The notes under the pieces were generated by a model. It was not told the origin of the DNA, did not search any database, and saw only the letters and a program-made list of their open reading frames with translations. A stretch of 44,968 nt of DNA from Candidatus Bathyarchaeia archaeon (lineage in GTDB: Archaea > Thermoproteota > Bathyarchaeia > Bathyarchaeales > Bathycorpusculaceae): assembly GCA_038882655.1 (NCBI GenBank), contig JAVZNT010000005.1, positions 1-44,968 on the forward strand, written 5' to 3'. Positions 1 through 9,425 of this stretch are shown here, one piece after another. Positions within the stretch are counted from its first letter, which is position 1, and every line of letters starts with the position of its first letter. The position numbers were made by a program, and so were the translations under genes.

Positions 1-372
1 TCTGACACGGATGTCCACGGAAACAATTATCGTCTGGTTTAGCGGGACCTTCGAAAAGCCAGCCCCAGCCCAATCAGGCCACCATGTTCCAGCCGCAACA
101 TGCCCATACTTCCCTTCATAAGCCTCCAAAACTAATGTGGCATAACTGTCAAAAGTGGCATTCCACTCGCTGCCTATCTCTTTGGCTATGTTGCCACCAG
201 CGCTGTGGGGATGCCAAAAACAAGCGTCTTGAAGCGCGTCAAACTCTAAATCGCCATCAACGCTCAAAACCACTTTATTAAAGATGCCGCAAGCCAACCT
301 TTGCCCACAACCATTTGTAAAAGAGAATAAAATTATAATTGATGCTAGTGCAAGGGCGGCGTACTTGAGCAT
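1..372 (-). CDS. Secreted/exported hypothetical protein, 3'-truncated by the window edge (not in the ORF track)
   Basis: Own translation from ATG at 372: MLKYAALALASIIILFSFTNGCGQRLACGIFNKVVLSVDGDLEFD... with no stop to position 1; N-terminal hydrophobic signal peptide. Confidence 0.7.
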   Translation of the reverse strand, partial: MLKYAALALASIIILFSFTNGCGQRLACGIFNKVVLSVDGDLEFDALQDACFWHPHSAGGNIAKEIGSEWNATFDSYATLVLEAYEGKYGHVAAGTWWPDWAGAGFSKVPLNQTIIVSVDIRVR

Positions 373-507
373 TTGCAATGGGGCAACCCATTCAAAAGCG
401 CCTAAGGCTTAGACAGAAAAAGAACTGCGCGGACAGAAAGAGACATACAACTAGAAGCGGCAAAACTAAATTCTAGCTATACTCAAAGGATATCTGAGCG
501 TAAAACA

Positions 508-870
508 ATGAATAAGAAATTAAGCGTTATAAGCCTAGAAATCGGAGCTTGCGGAGTTTTCTGTGGCTTCTGCAAAGTTTTCAAGCGCATAGAACATCAA
601 TGCCGCGGCTGTAATTGGGTTAACAAAATGTTAAAGTTAAGCAGAGAAGACGGAAAGGGCTGCATATTTTGGGAATGCACACAAAACAAAAAAGTTGAGT
701 GTTGTCTTATATGCGGGGAATTTCCATGCCCAAAGCACTATGACGAAAAGGAGGCCATTTACACTAAACAGGTTTTAGATTCGTGGAAGAGTCTAGATAA
801 AAGCGGACTCACATTTGGAGGAAGAAGAGAGAAGCTTGAATCCCTATTGGAAAAAGGAAAGCAAGCATGA
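508..870 (+). CDS. Cys-rich DUF3795-like metal-binding protein
   Basis: ACGVFCGFC...CRGC...CIFWEC...CCLICGEFPC cysteine pattern. Confidence 0.7.
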   Translation: MNKKLSVISLEIGACGVFCGFCKVFKRIEHQCRGCNWVNKMLKLSREDGKGCIFWECTQNKKVECCLICGEFPCPKHYDEKEAIYTKQVLDSWKSLDKSGLTFGGRREKLESLLEKGKQA

Positions 871-880
871 AAGTGAAATA

Positions 881-1194
881 TTATTTAGGTGCGGCTTCGA
901 ACCCTTGCCACCTCTTTATTTCCATATCCAATTTCCTTTCCAAGGCTTTCCACAAATCAACTTTGCAAACTCTAGCGCAAACATAGGCGGTTATCACAAC
1001 ATCCGCTAACTCGTCACTAAGCCTCCTCCTTATCTCCTCAACATCGTAATTCTCCCTTCTGAAGCCCACCGACTTAAAAACTAGTTTATCGCCTCTCCAA
1101 CCTCTTCAGCTATCTTCGCGGCTTGAAAAACCGGATGCTTCTCAGAAGCCTTTTCATTGAAAAGCCTAAACAAAGTTTCAAATTTATCTTCCAT
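881..1194 (-). pseudogene. MazG-like nucleotide pyrophosphohydrolase, frameshifted (pseudogene or assembly indel)
   Basis: ATG at 1194 gives MEDKFETLF...KIAEEVGEAIN* (EExGE motif); the DELADV motif continues in another frame (881..1069); one extra base near 1083-1086 restores ...EAINLVFKSVGFRR. Confidence 0.75.
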
Positions 1195-1297
1195 TTACCT
1201 TTCCCCTAATCGGGCAATACGACTCTTGTCTATAAATGCTTTAACAAACATCCATAGACCTTGAAATTAAGCCAGGTTGATGGAAGCTATGCTGGGT

Positions 1298-1618
1298 TTA
1301 TGCTTTGTGTAGTTTCTTGTAGATTGCTGTTGGAGATTGCGTCACAGTTGGTTGCGGCGTGTTCGTCACTATTGGACGCTTTTGCATATACTTATATCCA
1401 CATTCACAAGCGAAGCCCACCATTTTTCTGCCTCGGTAGATTTCCCGCCATCTTTTTGAGTCGCATTTGGTTGTTTGTTTATGGATTTTCCATAAGAGTC
1501 TTGCCTCGTTTGGCGTTAGCGGCGCATAATGTTTTGCTGATGTGAAGTACCATGTTGCATACGCTAGAAAGCAAATCCATAATGTTATAGCTAATAGTTC
1601 AATCATCTTCTCTACCAC
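1298..1618 (-). CDS. Membrane-anchored hypothetical protein with possible Zn-ribbon
   Basis: N-terminal TM helix; H..C...CECG residues. Confidence 0.65.
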   Translation of the reverse strand: MVEKMIELLAITLWICFLAYATWYFTSAKHYAPLTPNEARLLWKIHKQTTKCDSKRWREIYRGRKMVGFACECGYKYMQKRPIVTNTPQPTVTQSPTAIYKKLHKA

Positions 1619-1737
1619 GTGTATTTTTGTTCAGCACATATTCAATATGTCCATTTATTGACATATCTATTTTCGAAATATACACATCTTACGATATAAG
1701 CATTATCTCAAAAACCGAATACTTGCATAAAAAGCTT

Positions 1738-2208
1738 TTAAAACTGCTTCAAGACATCACTTTTCTCCACGATATAGCCACAATAGTGACACTTTAGGAT
1801 TAAGGGCTCCTCACTTTTAACATAAAACTTTGATTGAACTGGCTCGTTGCTGTTGCTTATACAAGCAGGATTTGCACATTTAACAATGCCCTCAATAACA
1901 TTTGGAAGCTTAACTCGCTGTTTTTCGACAACATTATAGTTTCTTATGATGTTTATGGTTGCATGGGGCGCCAAGAGAGCGATTTTATGTACTTCTTCTG
2001 GTTTTAGTTCTCTACCCTCGATTTTGACTATGTCTTTAACCTTAAACCGCTTGCTTGGAACGTTAATGGCTATGGTGATTATGCGCTTCTCCTTGCCTGT
2101 TATCCCTAAAATTTTAATGACGTCTAAGGCGTGTCCGCCAGTTATGTGGTCTATGACTGTTCCATCCTTAATTTTTGAAACGTAAAGCATTGTTTCGCTT
2201 TCGCTCAT
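1738..2208 (-). CDS. pyrI: Aspartate carbamoyltransferase regulatory subunit
   Basis: GTVIDHI motif; CANPACIS...CHYCG Zn site; SD-like AGGTGA upstream. Confidence 0.97.
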   Translation of the reverse strand: MSESETMLYVSKIKDGTVIDHITGGHALDVIKILGITGKEKRIITIAINVPSKRFKVKDIVKIEGRELKPEEVHKIALLAPHATINIIRNYNVVEKQRVKLPNVIEGIVKCANPACISNSNEPVQSKFYVKSEEPLILKCHYCGYIVEKSDVLKQF

Positions 2209-2393
2209 AAGGCTTACTCACCTTTTAGAACGGTATTGTCGGCGCGGAGATAAAAGGTTTTTATTCTTGGAAGCATCCGTAACTTTAAATTTAACAGCTC
2301 GTGAATGGCTAAATTTGATAGCCCCCTATAGTTTTCTGCTTAACAGAAGTGCGAATAAAAAGTTATTTAAGCGGAACTTGTCGCTTTGTTTAA

Positions 2394-3326
<933 letters not shown>

Positions 3327-3332
3327 GTTTTG

Positions 3333-5525
3333 TTAGAAGCGTTTAAAGGTTGTTAACGTGCCAACAGAACTGCATATTGGACATTTTTGAAGCATGCCAA
3401 ACCAACTTTTGCGGCACTGGCTGCAATGGGTTAGGTTGCGGTTGTACGTGAAAAACCATAGCTTGTAGTCTTCAACAAGCTTTTTTGTAAATGAAAGAAG
3501 CGTTTCTGACGTGTATTCGGTTTCTCCTAGCTCAAAAACTGTTAGGCTTCCGCCAGCAAGCGGATCGTAAAGCTCTTTTTCAATGGCTAGAATTTTTGAT
3601 TGAGTTTCCCAGTTTTGAAGGTTTATTCGGCCGTAGATTGAATAGTGGGGTTTTTCTCTTGTTCCTTGGAAACGAACCTTTGCAATACCGAATCTTTCAA
3701 TGTCTTGTTTTGCCAGCCTTTCAGAGGCCACGGCACACGGCAAAGCGGATGGAATAAGCCTTTTCTCGCGTCTTCCACTTTTTGGTAAGAATTCCAAGAC
3801 GTGTTTTATGATTTCGGAGGCGAATTTTTGGGTCTTCTCGTCTTCGTATATGCTTTTTCCGCTGAGGGCTTCTGAAGCCTCTTTTAATCCAACCAAATTT
3901 ATTAAACGTGCAGCGCCTTCAACTCTGAAGTATTGGTCGCCGTTGGCTGAATGCGTCAAAAATGGGAGAAAGCCTCTTCCCCGCTGTTTTAGAGCTCTAT
4001 ATTTTATTTCTAGGGCTCGTGCCGCCATTTCAAGTCTTTCCCTTAAAAGCGCGGAGAGTTTCCTTTCGTCCTTGCCGCATTCGTAGGCTATCCTTGGCAA
4101 ATTAACTGTTACAAGTCCTAAAATGCCCGTGCGTAGTGTGTCGATTTCCCAGTCTTCTTTGAAATCCGCTTTGAGGACGCTTCCTGACGGGGAGAAAACT
4201 GTGTACTGCTCATTTTTGCCAGAAAGGTTTACGAAGTATGGCATACCTCTTTCTAAGGCTAAGTGATGTGCCTTTAGGAGGATGTCCGCTGCATTATTAT
4301 TTTTGAGGGTTTCTGGGCGGATTTTGACTATGAGTTTTGGGTTTAGAAGCGGTTTTTCAGCGTTTTCTTCCTCAAAGACTTCAAGCAGTAGGGAGGCTAA
4401 AAGCTGGCTTTCGTTGAGATAATCGCCATAACAACCGCCTGCCAAGCCTATGGCGGGCTTATCCGCTAAAAACTCTGGAATTGTCAACTCGAGATTTATG
4501 GAGGCGTTGACATGGTTGCTAACGCTGATAATGAAAAGCCTCAAAGCCTCTTTGAGGGTGTCTTTATCCAAACCTTTCAGGAAGGGCGCAAAAAAAACAT
4601 TGAAGTATTCAAGCACTTGTGTTCCATCGGTTTCCTTTGATGTTTGTAGAAGAATGTTAAGGGTTAGATTTAGGGCGGATTCAAAACTTTTCGGCGGCCT
4701 TATGGACGGCTGGAAAATATTTGAAAGGCTTGGGTCTAAGCCGCTTTTTATGAAGAACCTTAAGTCGTGAATTATTTCGCTTGGTTTCAAAATCCAGTAG
4801 CCTAAACCGTGGAGATGAATCTCGCCTGAAAGGTATGCGTCTGCAATGTCCCTCGGTAACACATTTAAAAGGGTGTACTCTTCAAGGACGTTTCTCCCGA
4901 AATCTTCGCAGACGGAAGACGCGTTAACTGTAGCTTTGCCCTTCAAGAGATAAGCTGAAACGTCGTGCACTGGCAGCCCCAGACGGGTGAGTTTGTGACG
5001 GTATTCCTCTAAGCCCTTTTCAATGAGGATTCCGTTAACAACCTCCCTTACTAATGGAGCCGTCAAATAGCGGATCCTAGCCTTAAGAAGGCGTTTTTCA
5101 GCTTCTTTTGCTATTTTTTGGGCTAGTTCTGGGGGCATTCCAGCCTCCTTAATAAGGCTGTTGGCAATTTTTGTGGTATCAAACTCTTCTAAGGTGAAGC
5201 GGGATGTTCTGACAAGGATTCTCTCTGCTCTTAAACTTCGCTTTTCAATTTCTTCAGCCACGCCAATAACCATCTTGCCCAAATCTGTTAAGCGGTACTT
5301 CTTGGATTCCACATCAGCCTCAATCAAATCCGCCTTAAGCAAAAACTTGAGATGGTAGGCAAAACGACCAGCATCCCTACTAGGGTTCATCTTTAAAAAG
5401 CTCATAAGCTCAGTATAGGAAAGCGGACCATAGTCAAAGAGAGCAGTTAAAATGTTAAGCCTAACAGCTGAAGAAACCGCCTTCAAAACGCGGATTCCCC
5501 GCAGACGCTGATGTTGACTGGACAA
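3333..5525 (-). CDS. ArsR-like wHTH + ATP-cone + class III (NrdD-like) ribonucleotide reductase fold, apparently catalytically dead
   Basis: N-terminal wHTH (LKAVSSAVRLNIL...FAYHLKFLLKADLI); ATP-cone (VRTS...LTAPLVREVVN...TRLGLPVHD); NrdD motifs EIHLH, DTLRTG, VNLPRIAY and C-terminal CxxC/CxxC; catalytic Cys residues and RxxGY absent. Start placed at TTG 5525 after a GGGGGG SD (track start 5612). Confidence 0.85.
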   Translation of the reverse strand: MSSQHQRLRGIRVLKAVSSAVRLNILTALFDYGPLSYTELMSFLKMNPSRDAGRFAYHLKFLLKADLIEADVESKKYRLTDLGKMVIGVAEEIEKRSLRAERILVRTSRFTLEEFDTTKIANSLIKEAGMPPELAQKIAKEAEKRLLKARIRYLTAPLVREVVNGILIEKGLEEYRHKLTRLGLPVHDVSAYLLKGKATVNASSVCEDFGRNVLEEYTLLNVLPRDIADAYLSGEIHLHGLGYWILKPSEIIHDLRFFIKSGLDPSLSNIFQPSIRPPKSFESALNLTLNILLQTSKETDGTQVLEYFNVFFAPFLKGLDKDTLKEALRLFIISVSNHVNASINLELTIPEFLADKPAIGLAGGCYGDYLNESQLLASLLLEVFEEENAEKPLLNPKLIVKIRPETLKNNNAADILLKAHHLALERGMPYFVNLSGKNEQYTVFSPSGSVLKADFKEDWEIDTLRTGILGLVTVNLPRIAYECGKDERKLSALLRERLEMAARALEIKYRALKQRGRGFLPFLTHSANGDQYFRVEGAARLINLVGLKEASEALSGKSIYEDEKTQKFASEIIKHVLEFLPKSGRREKRLIPSALPCAVASERLAKQDIERFGIAKVRFQGTREKPHYSIYGRINLQNWETQSKILAIEKELYDPLAGGSLTVFELGETEYTSETLLSFTKKLVEDYKLWFFTYNRNLTHCSQCRKSWFGMLQKCPICSSVGTLTTFKRF

Positions 5526-5642
5526 GTCTTCTAACCCCCCTAACACTTGGATAGTTATAGCCCCGGATAAGGGTTTAAAGGTTAAGAAAACACCTTTATT
5601 AAACCTACACAAAACTAAAAATGTGATGCATAAAAACCGAGA

Positions 5643-5717
5643 GGGGCTGTCGGCTAGCTTGGTCTAGGCTCTGAGCCTCGGGCGCTCGGGACCCCGGTTC
5701 AAATCCGGGCAGCCCCA
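5643..5717 (+). tRNA. tRNA-Pro (anticodon CGG), no intron
   Basis: Acceptor stem GGGGCTG/CAGCCCC, anticodon arm TGAGC-CT CGG GC-GCTCG, T-loop GGTTCAAATCC. Confidence 0.95.
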
Positions 5718-5740
5718 CTACAAGCTGTTTTCGCACCGCC

Positions 5741-6727
5741 TTACGTTATGAAGTGTTTGTAGATCGGGTGTCCCTTAAAGCGTAGCGTCGTCTCTGATTT
5801 CTCTATTGTTCCGCTTGGAAGCCTTATACATAAAGAGCTTACTACAGCCCCGTTTGAGATGAAGCGCACTCCGTCTAGGAGTTCGCCTTTCGTCACGCCA
5901 GAAGCACAAAAAACCAGCTCACTGCCCCTAGCCAACTCATCCTGATCATAAGTTTTGTCCACATCCACGCCTTCAGCTTCCAATCTCTTAAGCCTTTTCG
6001 GGTCATCGCTTTTGTCTCTCCAAACCCTGACAAGCATTGTTCCACCCAAACATTTCACGGCTGTGGCAGCTATGGTTGCCTCTGGTCCAGCACCAGCGCC
6101 TATCAGTAAGTCTACACCCGAACCTTGAATGCATGTTGCCACCGCTGCCGCAATGTCCCCGTCTGGTATTAGGATTATCCTTACACCAATTTTTCTAAGC
6201 GTCTGAAGAATTTCCATGTGCCTCTCCCTCTCAAGCATTATCACTGTAAAGTTTTCTATTGACAACCCCTTTGCCTCTGCCACTGTTCTAACAATTTCTT
6301 CTATTGGCATTTTCAGCGAAATCTTTCCCAAGGCATGGTGGTCCGCCGCCACCTTAAAATAGTAACCATCGTCTGGGAGAACTTGCAAACAGCCTTTCGG
6401 TGCACATGCCAAAGCGGAAATGGCATCTTTTCTCCCCTTTGAGGCTGCTGTTGTTCCGTCAACAGGGTCTATTACAAACTCAACTCTTGGTCCTCTTCCA
6501 GTTCCAACTTTCTCCCTGCGGGAAAAGGCTGGGGCATTGTCTTTAGGTCCTTCGCATACAATTACTTCGCCATCCACATCCGTCTGGGCTAAGACAGCCC
6601 TTGAAAATTGAACAGCCTTCTCATCTATCAAATTCGGGTTTCCTTGACCGATATGGAGTGCCGCGCCAACAGCCGCTGCAATTGTAATTCGCGTTAAAGA
6701 AGGCGCCAAAGCCCTTAAAGAGACCAC
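5741..6727 (-). CDS. glpX: Fructose-1,6-bisphosphatase class II (GlpX)
   Basis: EGPKDNAP, IDPVDGT, LERERH, PDGDIAAA and SGVTKGELLDGV motifs. Confidence 0.9.
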   Translation of the reverse strand: MVSLRALAPSLTRITIAAAVGAALHIGQGNPNLIDEKAVQFSRAVLAQTDVDGEVIVCEGPKDNAPAFSRREKVGTGRGPRVEFVIDPVDGTTAASKGRKDAISALACAPKGCLQVLPDDGYYFKVAADHHALGKISLKMPIEEIVRTVAEAKGLSIENFTVIMLERERHMEILQTLRKIGVRIILIPDGDIAAAVATCIQGSGVDLLIGAGAGPEATIAATAVKCLGGTMLVRVWRDKSDDPKRLKRLEAEGVDVDKTYDQDELARGSELVFCASGVTKGELLDGVRFISNGAVVSSLCIRLPSGTIEKSETTLRFKGHPIYKHFIT

Positions 6728-6810
6728 ACTTATTCCTCAAATAAATGTATGAAGGTTTACTTCAGATATGCTTTTAGCTTTAAAAAGCGGTAAATTCATG
6801 GAGACACATT

Positions 6811-6942
6811 TTGTCCCAAAGCAACTCTGGCAGAAGCAGAAAACCAAGGCTTTTCGACATGCCGGAGTGCAAAAACTGCGAGTATAAAGGCAGTCGTTAC
6901 TGCTGGAACGAATGCCCATACAACATATGGCGAAAACGTTGA
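6811..6942 (+). CDS. Small four-cysteine protein (43 aa, below the ORF-track cutoff)
   Basis: TTG start after GGAG; MSQSNSGRSRKPRLFDMPECKNCEYKGSRYCWNECPYNIWRKR. Confidence 0.6.
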   Translation: MSQSNSGRSRKPRLFDMPECKNCEYKGSRYCWNECPYNIWRKR

Positions 6943-7001
6943 ACCAAAGAATTTAATTTTGGAAAACACTAAACTGTTACAATTCATAGGGATGAGTCGA
7001 C

Positions 7002-7697
7002 ATGAGTAAGGTGAAGAGCATATTCGCAGAGGTTCGCAAAGCCGGAAGGAAGCACTTGTTAGAGATGGAAGCAAAAAGCATGTGCATGGAGTATGGCATT
7101 CCGGTTACCCGGTTTAGGTTGGCTAAAAGCGAAGCCGAGGCCGTCAAATTTGCAGAGGAGACAGGCTACCCAGTCGTTTTAAAAATTGTTTCGCCAGACA
7201 TTATTCACAAGTCTGATGTTGGAGGAGTAATGCTTAACCTTAAAAACGCAAAAGAGGTGCGAAAAGCCTACAAACAAATAATGGAAAATGTGAAAAAACA
7301 CAAGAAAGACGCCAAAATTTTAGGCGTGCTCGTACAGGAAATGGCTCCACCCTCAACAGAAGTTATAGTTGGAGCCATCAAGGATCCGCAGTTTGGCCAC
7401 GCCTTAATGTTTGGGCTGGGAGGCGTCTTCGTAGAGGTTTTGAAAGATGTCACCTTCAGAATCGTGCCAATAATCGAGGAAGAAGCCCGTGAAATGATCA
7501 GCGAGGTTAAGGCGTACCCGCTCTTGAAAGGGTATAGGGGGATGCCGCCGGCAGACATAAACGCCATAGTGCAAATTCTCTTAAAGACTTCAAGGCTTGT
7601 TTCTGAACATCCTGAAATCAAGGAGCTTGACCTAAACCCAATAATGGTGTACGAGAAAGGAGCAAAAACAGTAGACGCGAGAATAATTTTAGAATAA
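7002..7697 (+). CDS. ADP-forming acyl-CoA synthetase (acetate-CoA ligase) beta subunit, ATP-grasp
   Basis: GYPVVLKIVSPDIIHKSDVGGV, FGLGGVFVEVLKD and ELDLNP motifs. Confidence 0.92.
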   Translation: MSKVKSIFAEVRKAGRKHLLEMEAKSMCMEYGIPVTRFRLAKSEAEAVKFAEETGYPVVLKIVSPDIIHKSDVGGVMLNLKNAKEVRKAYKQIMENVKKHKKDAKILGVLVQEMAPPSTEVIVGAIKDPQFGHALMFGLGGVFVEVLKDVTFRIVPIIEEEAREMISEVKAYPLLKGYRGMPPADINAIVQILLKTSRLVSEHPEIKELDLNPIMVYEKGAKTVDARIILE

Positions 7698-7722
7698 ACA
7701 TGGCTAAGCTTAGGTAAAAAGG

Positions 7723-8515
7723 ATGACTGAAAACAAACAACCGACGAATCGTTTTAGAAGCTGGCCTAAAAACGAGATCCTTTCAAAAACTTCTGTTCCG
7801 CCGGAAACACCTTTTTTCGTAAGGCTTGACGGCTGGAGGTTTCGCGAACTCGCAGAGGATGTAGGCGCGGAGAAACCTTTCGATGAAAGGTTTGCGCGCT
7901 GCTTGGTCAATTCGTGCAAAGTCTTATTTGAAAAAGGCTTCAGCCAGACTTTGGTTTATGTAGTCAGCGATGAATTAAACATACTTTTTGATGGTAAGGC
8001 GCCATTTAACGGCAGAATTGAAAAGATAGACTCAGTTATTTCAAGCCTAGTCTCAGCGATGTTCTCACTTGAAGTGCAAAAGTTCTTCGACAAAAAAGTT
8101 TTCGTCGCCTTTGACTCCCGCGTAACCGTCGCCCAAAACAATGAGAAAATCGTGGAGTATTTGGCTTGGAGGCAAACAAACGCTTGGAGAAACCACAACA
8201 ACGCTTATGCTTACTGGCTTTTCAGGAAAATGGGGCTATAAGCCATCAGAAATAGCTAAAATATTGAGAGGCATGAAAACCGAGGAACTTCACGAAATGC
8301 TCTTTAAATATGGCGTAAACTTGGCTAAAACGCCCCAATGGCAGAGAAGGGGCATACTCATACATAAAAAGCCATGCCAAAAAAGAATCGCAAGCAAGAG
8401 TGTCACCCAGGGGAAAATAACAGAAAATTGGAATCTGCCCTTGTTCTTCTCAGAAGAGGGAACAAAATTAATCCGACGGATCATCGAAGAGATGAGGCAG
8501 AAAAGGAGAACCTAA
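7723..8515 (+). pseudogene. thg1: tRNA(His) guanylyltransferase / Thg1-like protein with a +1 frameshift
   Basis: VRLDG..F, SDE, FDSRV and WRQ..AWRN motifs in the first frame; P.WQRRG in the second frame; extra G in the GGGG run at 8232-8235. Confidence 0.85.
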
Positions 8516-9382
8516 TTGTCACAAAGCGAAAAAATACAAAAAATTGAGGAACTAACTGAAAAACTTTCAGCTTTAAAAGGGCAGAGAAGCGCCTTGGAAG
8601 CTGAAGCTGAGAACTACGCGGAAAAAAGAGACATGCTAAACCAAGAGTTGAAGAACCTACGCGGCGAAATTTTAAGGCTGAAAGCCACGCGAGATGAGAT
8701 AAACGCAAAGGTTAAGGAGTTAAAACAGCAGAGAAACCAGATTAAAGCAGAAATAGCCCAAAAAATCGCCGAGCTTAAAAGTTTGAGGAATGAACTTGAG
8801 CCACTCATAAAAAAGAAGTCGAAGCGTAGCTTGAAGGTTTTGGAAAAGGATGTTAAAAGCGTCGAATGGAAAATTCAAACAACTCCTTTAAGCCTACAGG
8901 AAGAGAAAAAACTCGTCGAACAAGTTAAGGAGCTGGGAAGCCATATTAGCGTCCACAAGAAAATTGAGCAGCTAAACCAAAGAAGAATCGAATTGAAAGC
9001 TGAGTTAAAGGCATTTCAAGCGAGGGTTGAGCATTGCCATAAGAGCATTATGGAAAATGCAGAGAAAAGTCAGCAAATCCACGCTGAAATGCTGAAAAAG
9101 GTTGAAGAAGCCAAGAAAATCAGAGGCGAGGCTGACAATTTTCATAGGCTTTATCTCCAAACAAGGGAGAAAATAAAATCCATTCAAGCGGAAATAACGA
9201 ACATACTGGATGAAATTAGGAAGTTTAGAGGAGAGATTTCCGCTGATGTAGAGAAACGACGAAAAGAAGTCGAAAAAAGGCTCCTAGAAAGCGTTGAAAA
9301 ACAAGCCCTTGAAAAATTGAAGCGTGGCGAAAAACTAACTTGGGAAGAATTTAAAGTTTTAGCCGAAAAAGGATTAGCATAA
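8516..9382 (+). CDS. Archaeal coiled-coil protein (COG1340-like)
   Basis: Long heptad K/E/L pattern; EWKIQTTPLSLQEEKKLV; C-terminal EKLKRGEKLTWEEF. Confidence 0.8.
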   Translation: MSQSEKIQKIEELTEKLSALKGQRSALEAEAENYAEKRDMLNQELKNLRGEILRLKATRDEINAKVKELKQQRNQIKAEIAQKIAELKSLRNELEPLIKKKSKRSLKVLEKDVKSVEWKIQTTPLSLQEEKKLVEQVKELGSHISVHKKIEQLNQRRIELKAELKAFQARVEHCHKSIMENAEKSQQIHAEMLKKVEEAKKIRGEADNFHRLYLQTREKIKSIQAEITNILDEIRKFRGEISADVEKRRKEVEKRLLESVEKQALEKLKRGEKLTWEEFKVLAEKGLA

Positions 9383-9425
9383 ACTTAAAGTAACTTCGCA
9401 TAAATATTGAATTGGAAGAGAACAG

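Noticed and set aside
1081-1083. TAG read-through (pyrrolysine) in the MazG-like gene, or genome-wide TAG recoding
   Set aside because: The conserved motif continues in a different frame, and TAG ends full-length conserved genes here (pyrB, aIF-1A, DUF424)
3333-5612. Calling this an active anaerobic ribonucleotide reductase (nrdD)
   Set aside because: The catalytic Cys positions and the glycyl-radical motif are missing, and the stop abuts the convergent pyrB, leaving no room for a frameshifted RxxGY tail
6737-7074. Minus-strand ORFs 6737..6919 and 6796..7074
   Set aside because: No recognisable motifs; they are antisense to the small Cys protein, and the longer one also to the acyl-CoA synthetase gene
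8516-9382. Repeat-like or SMC-like sequence
   Set aside because: An ordinary coiled coil without ATPase motifs or DNA-level tandem repeats
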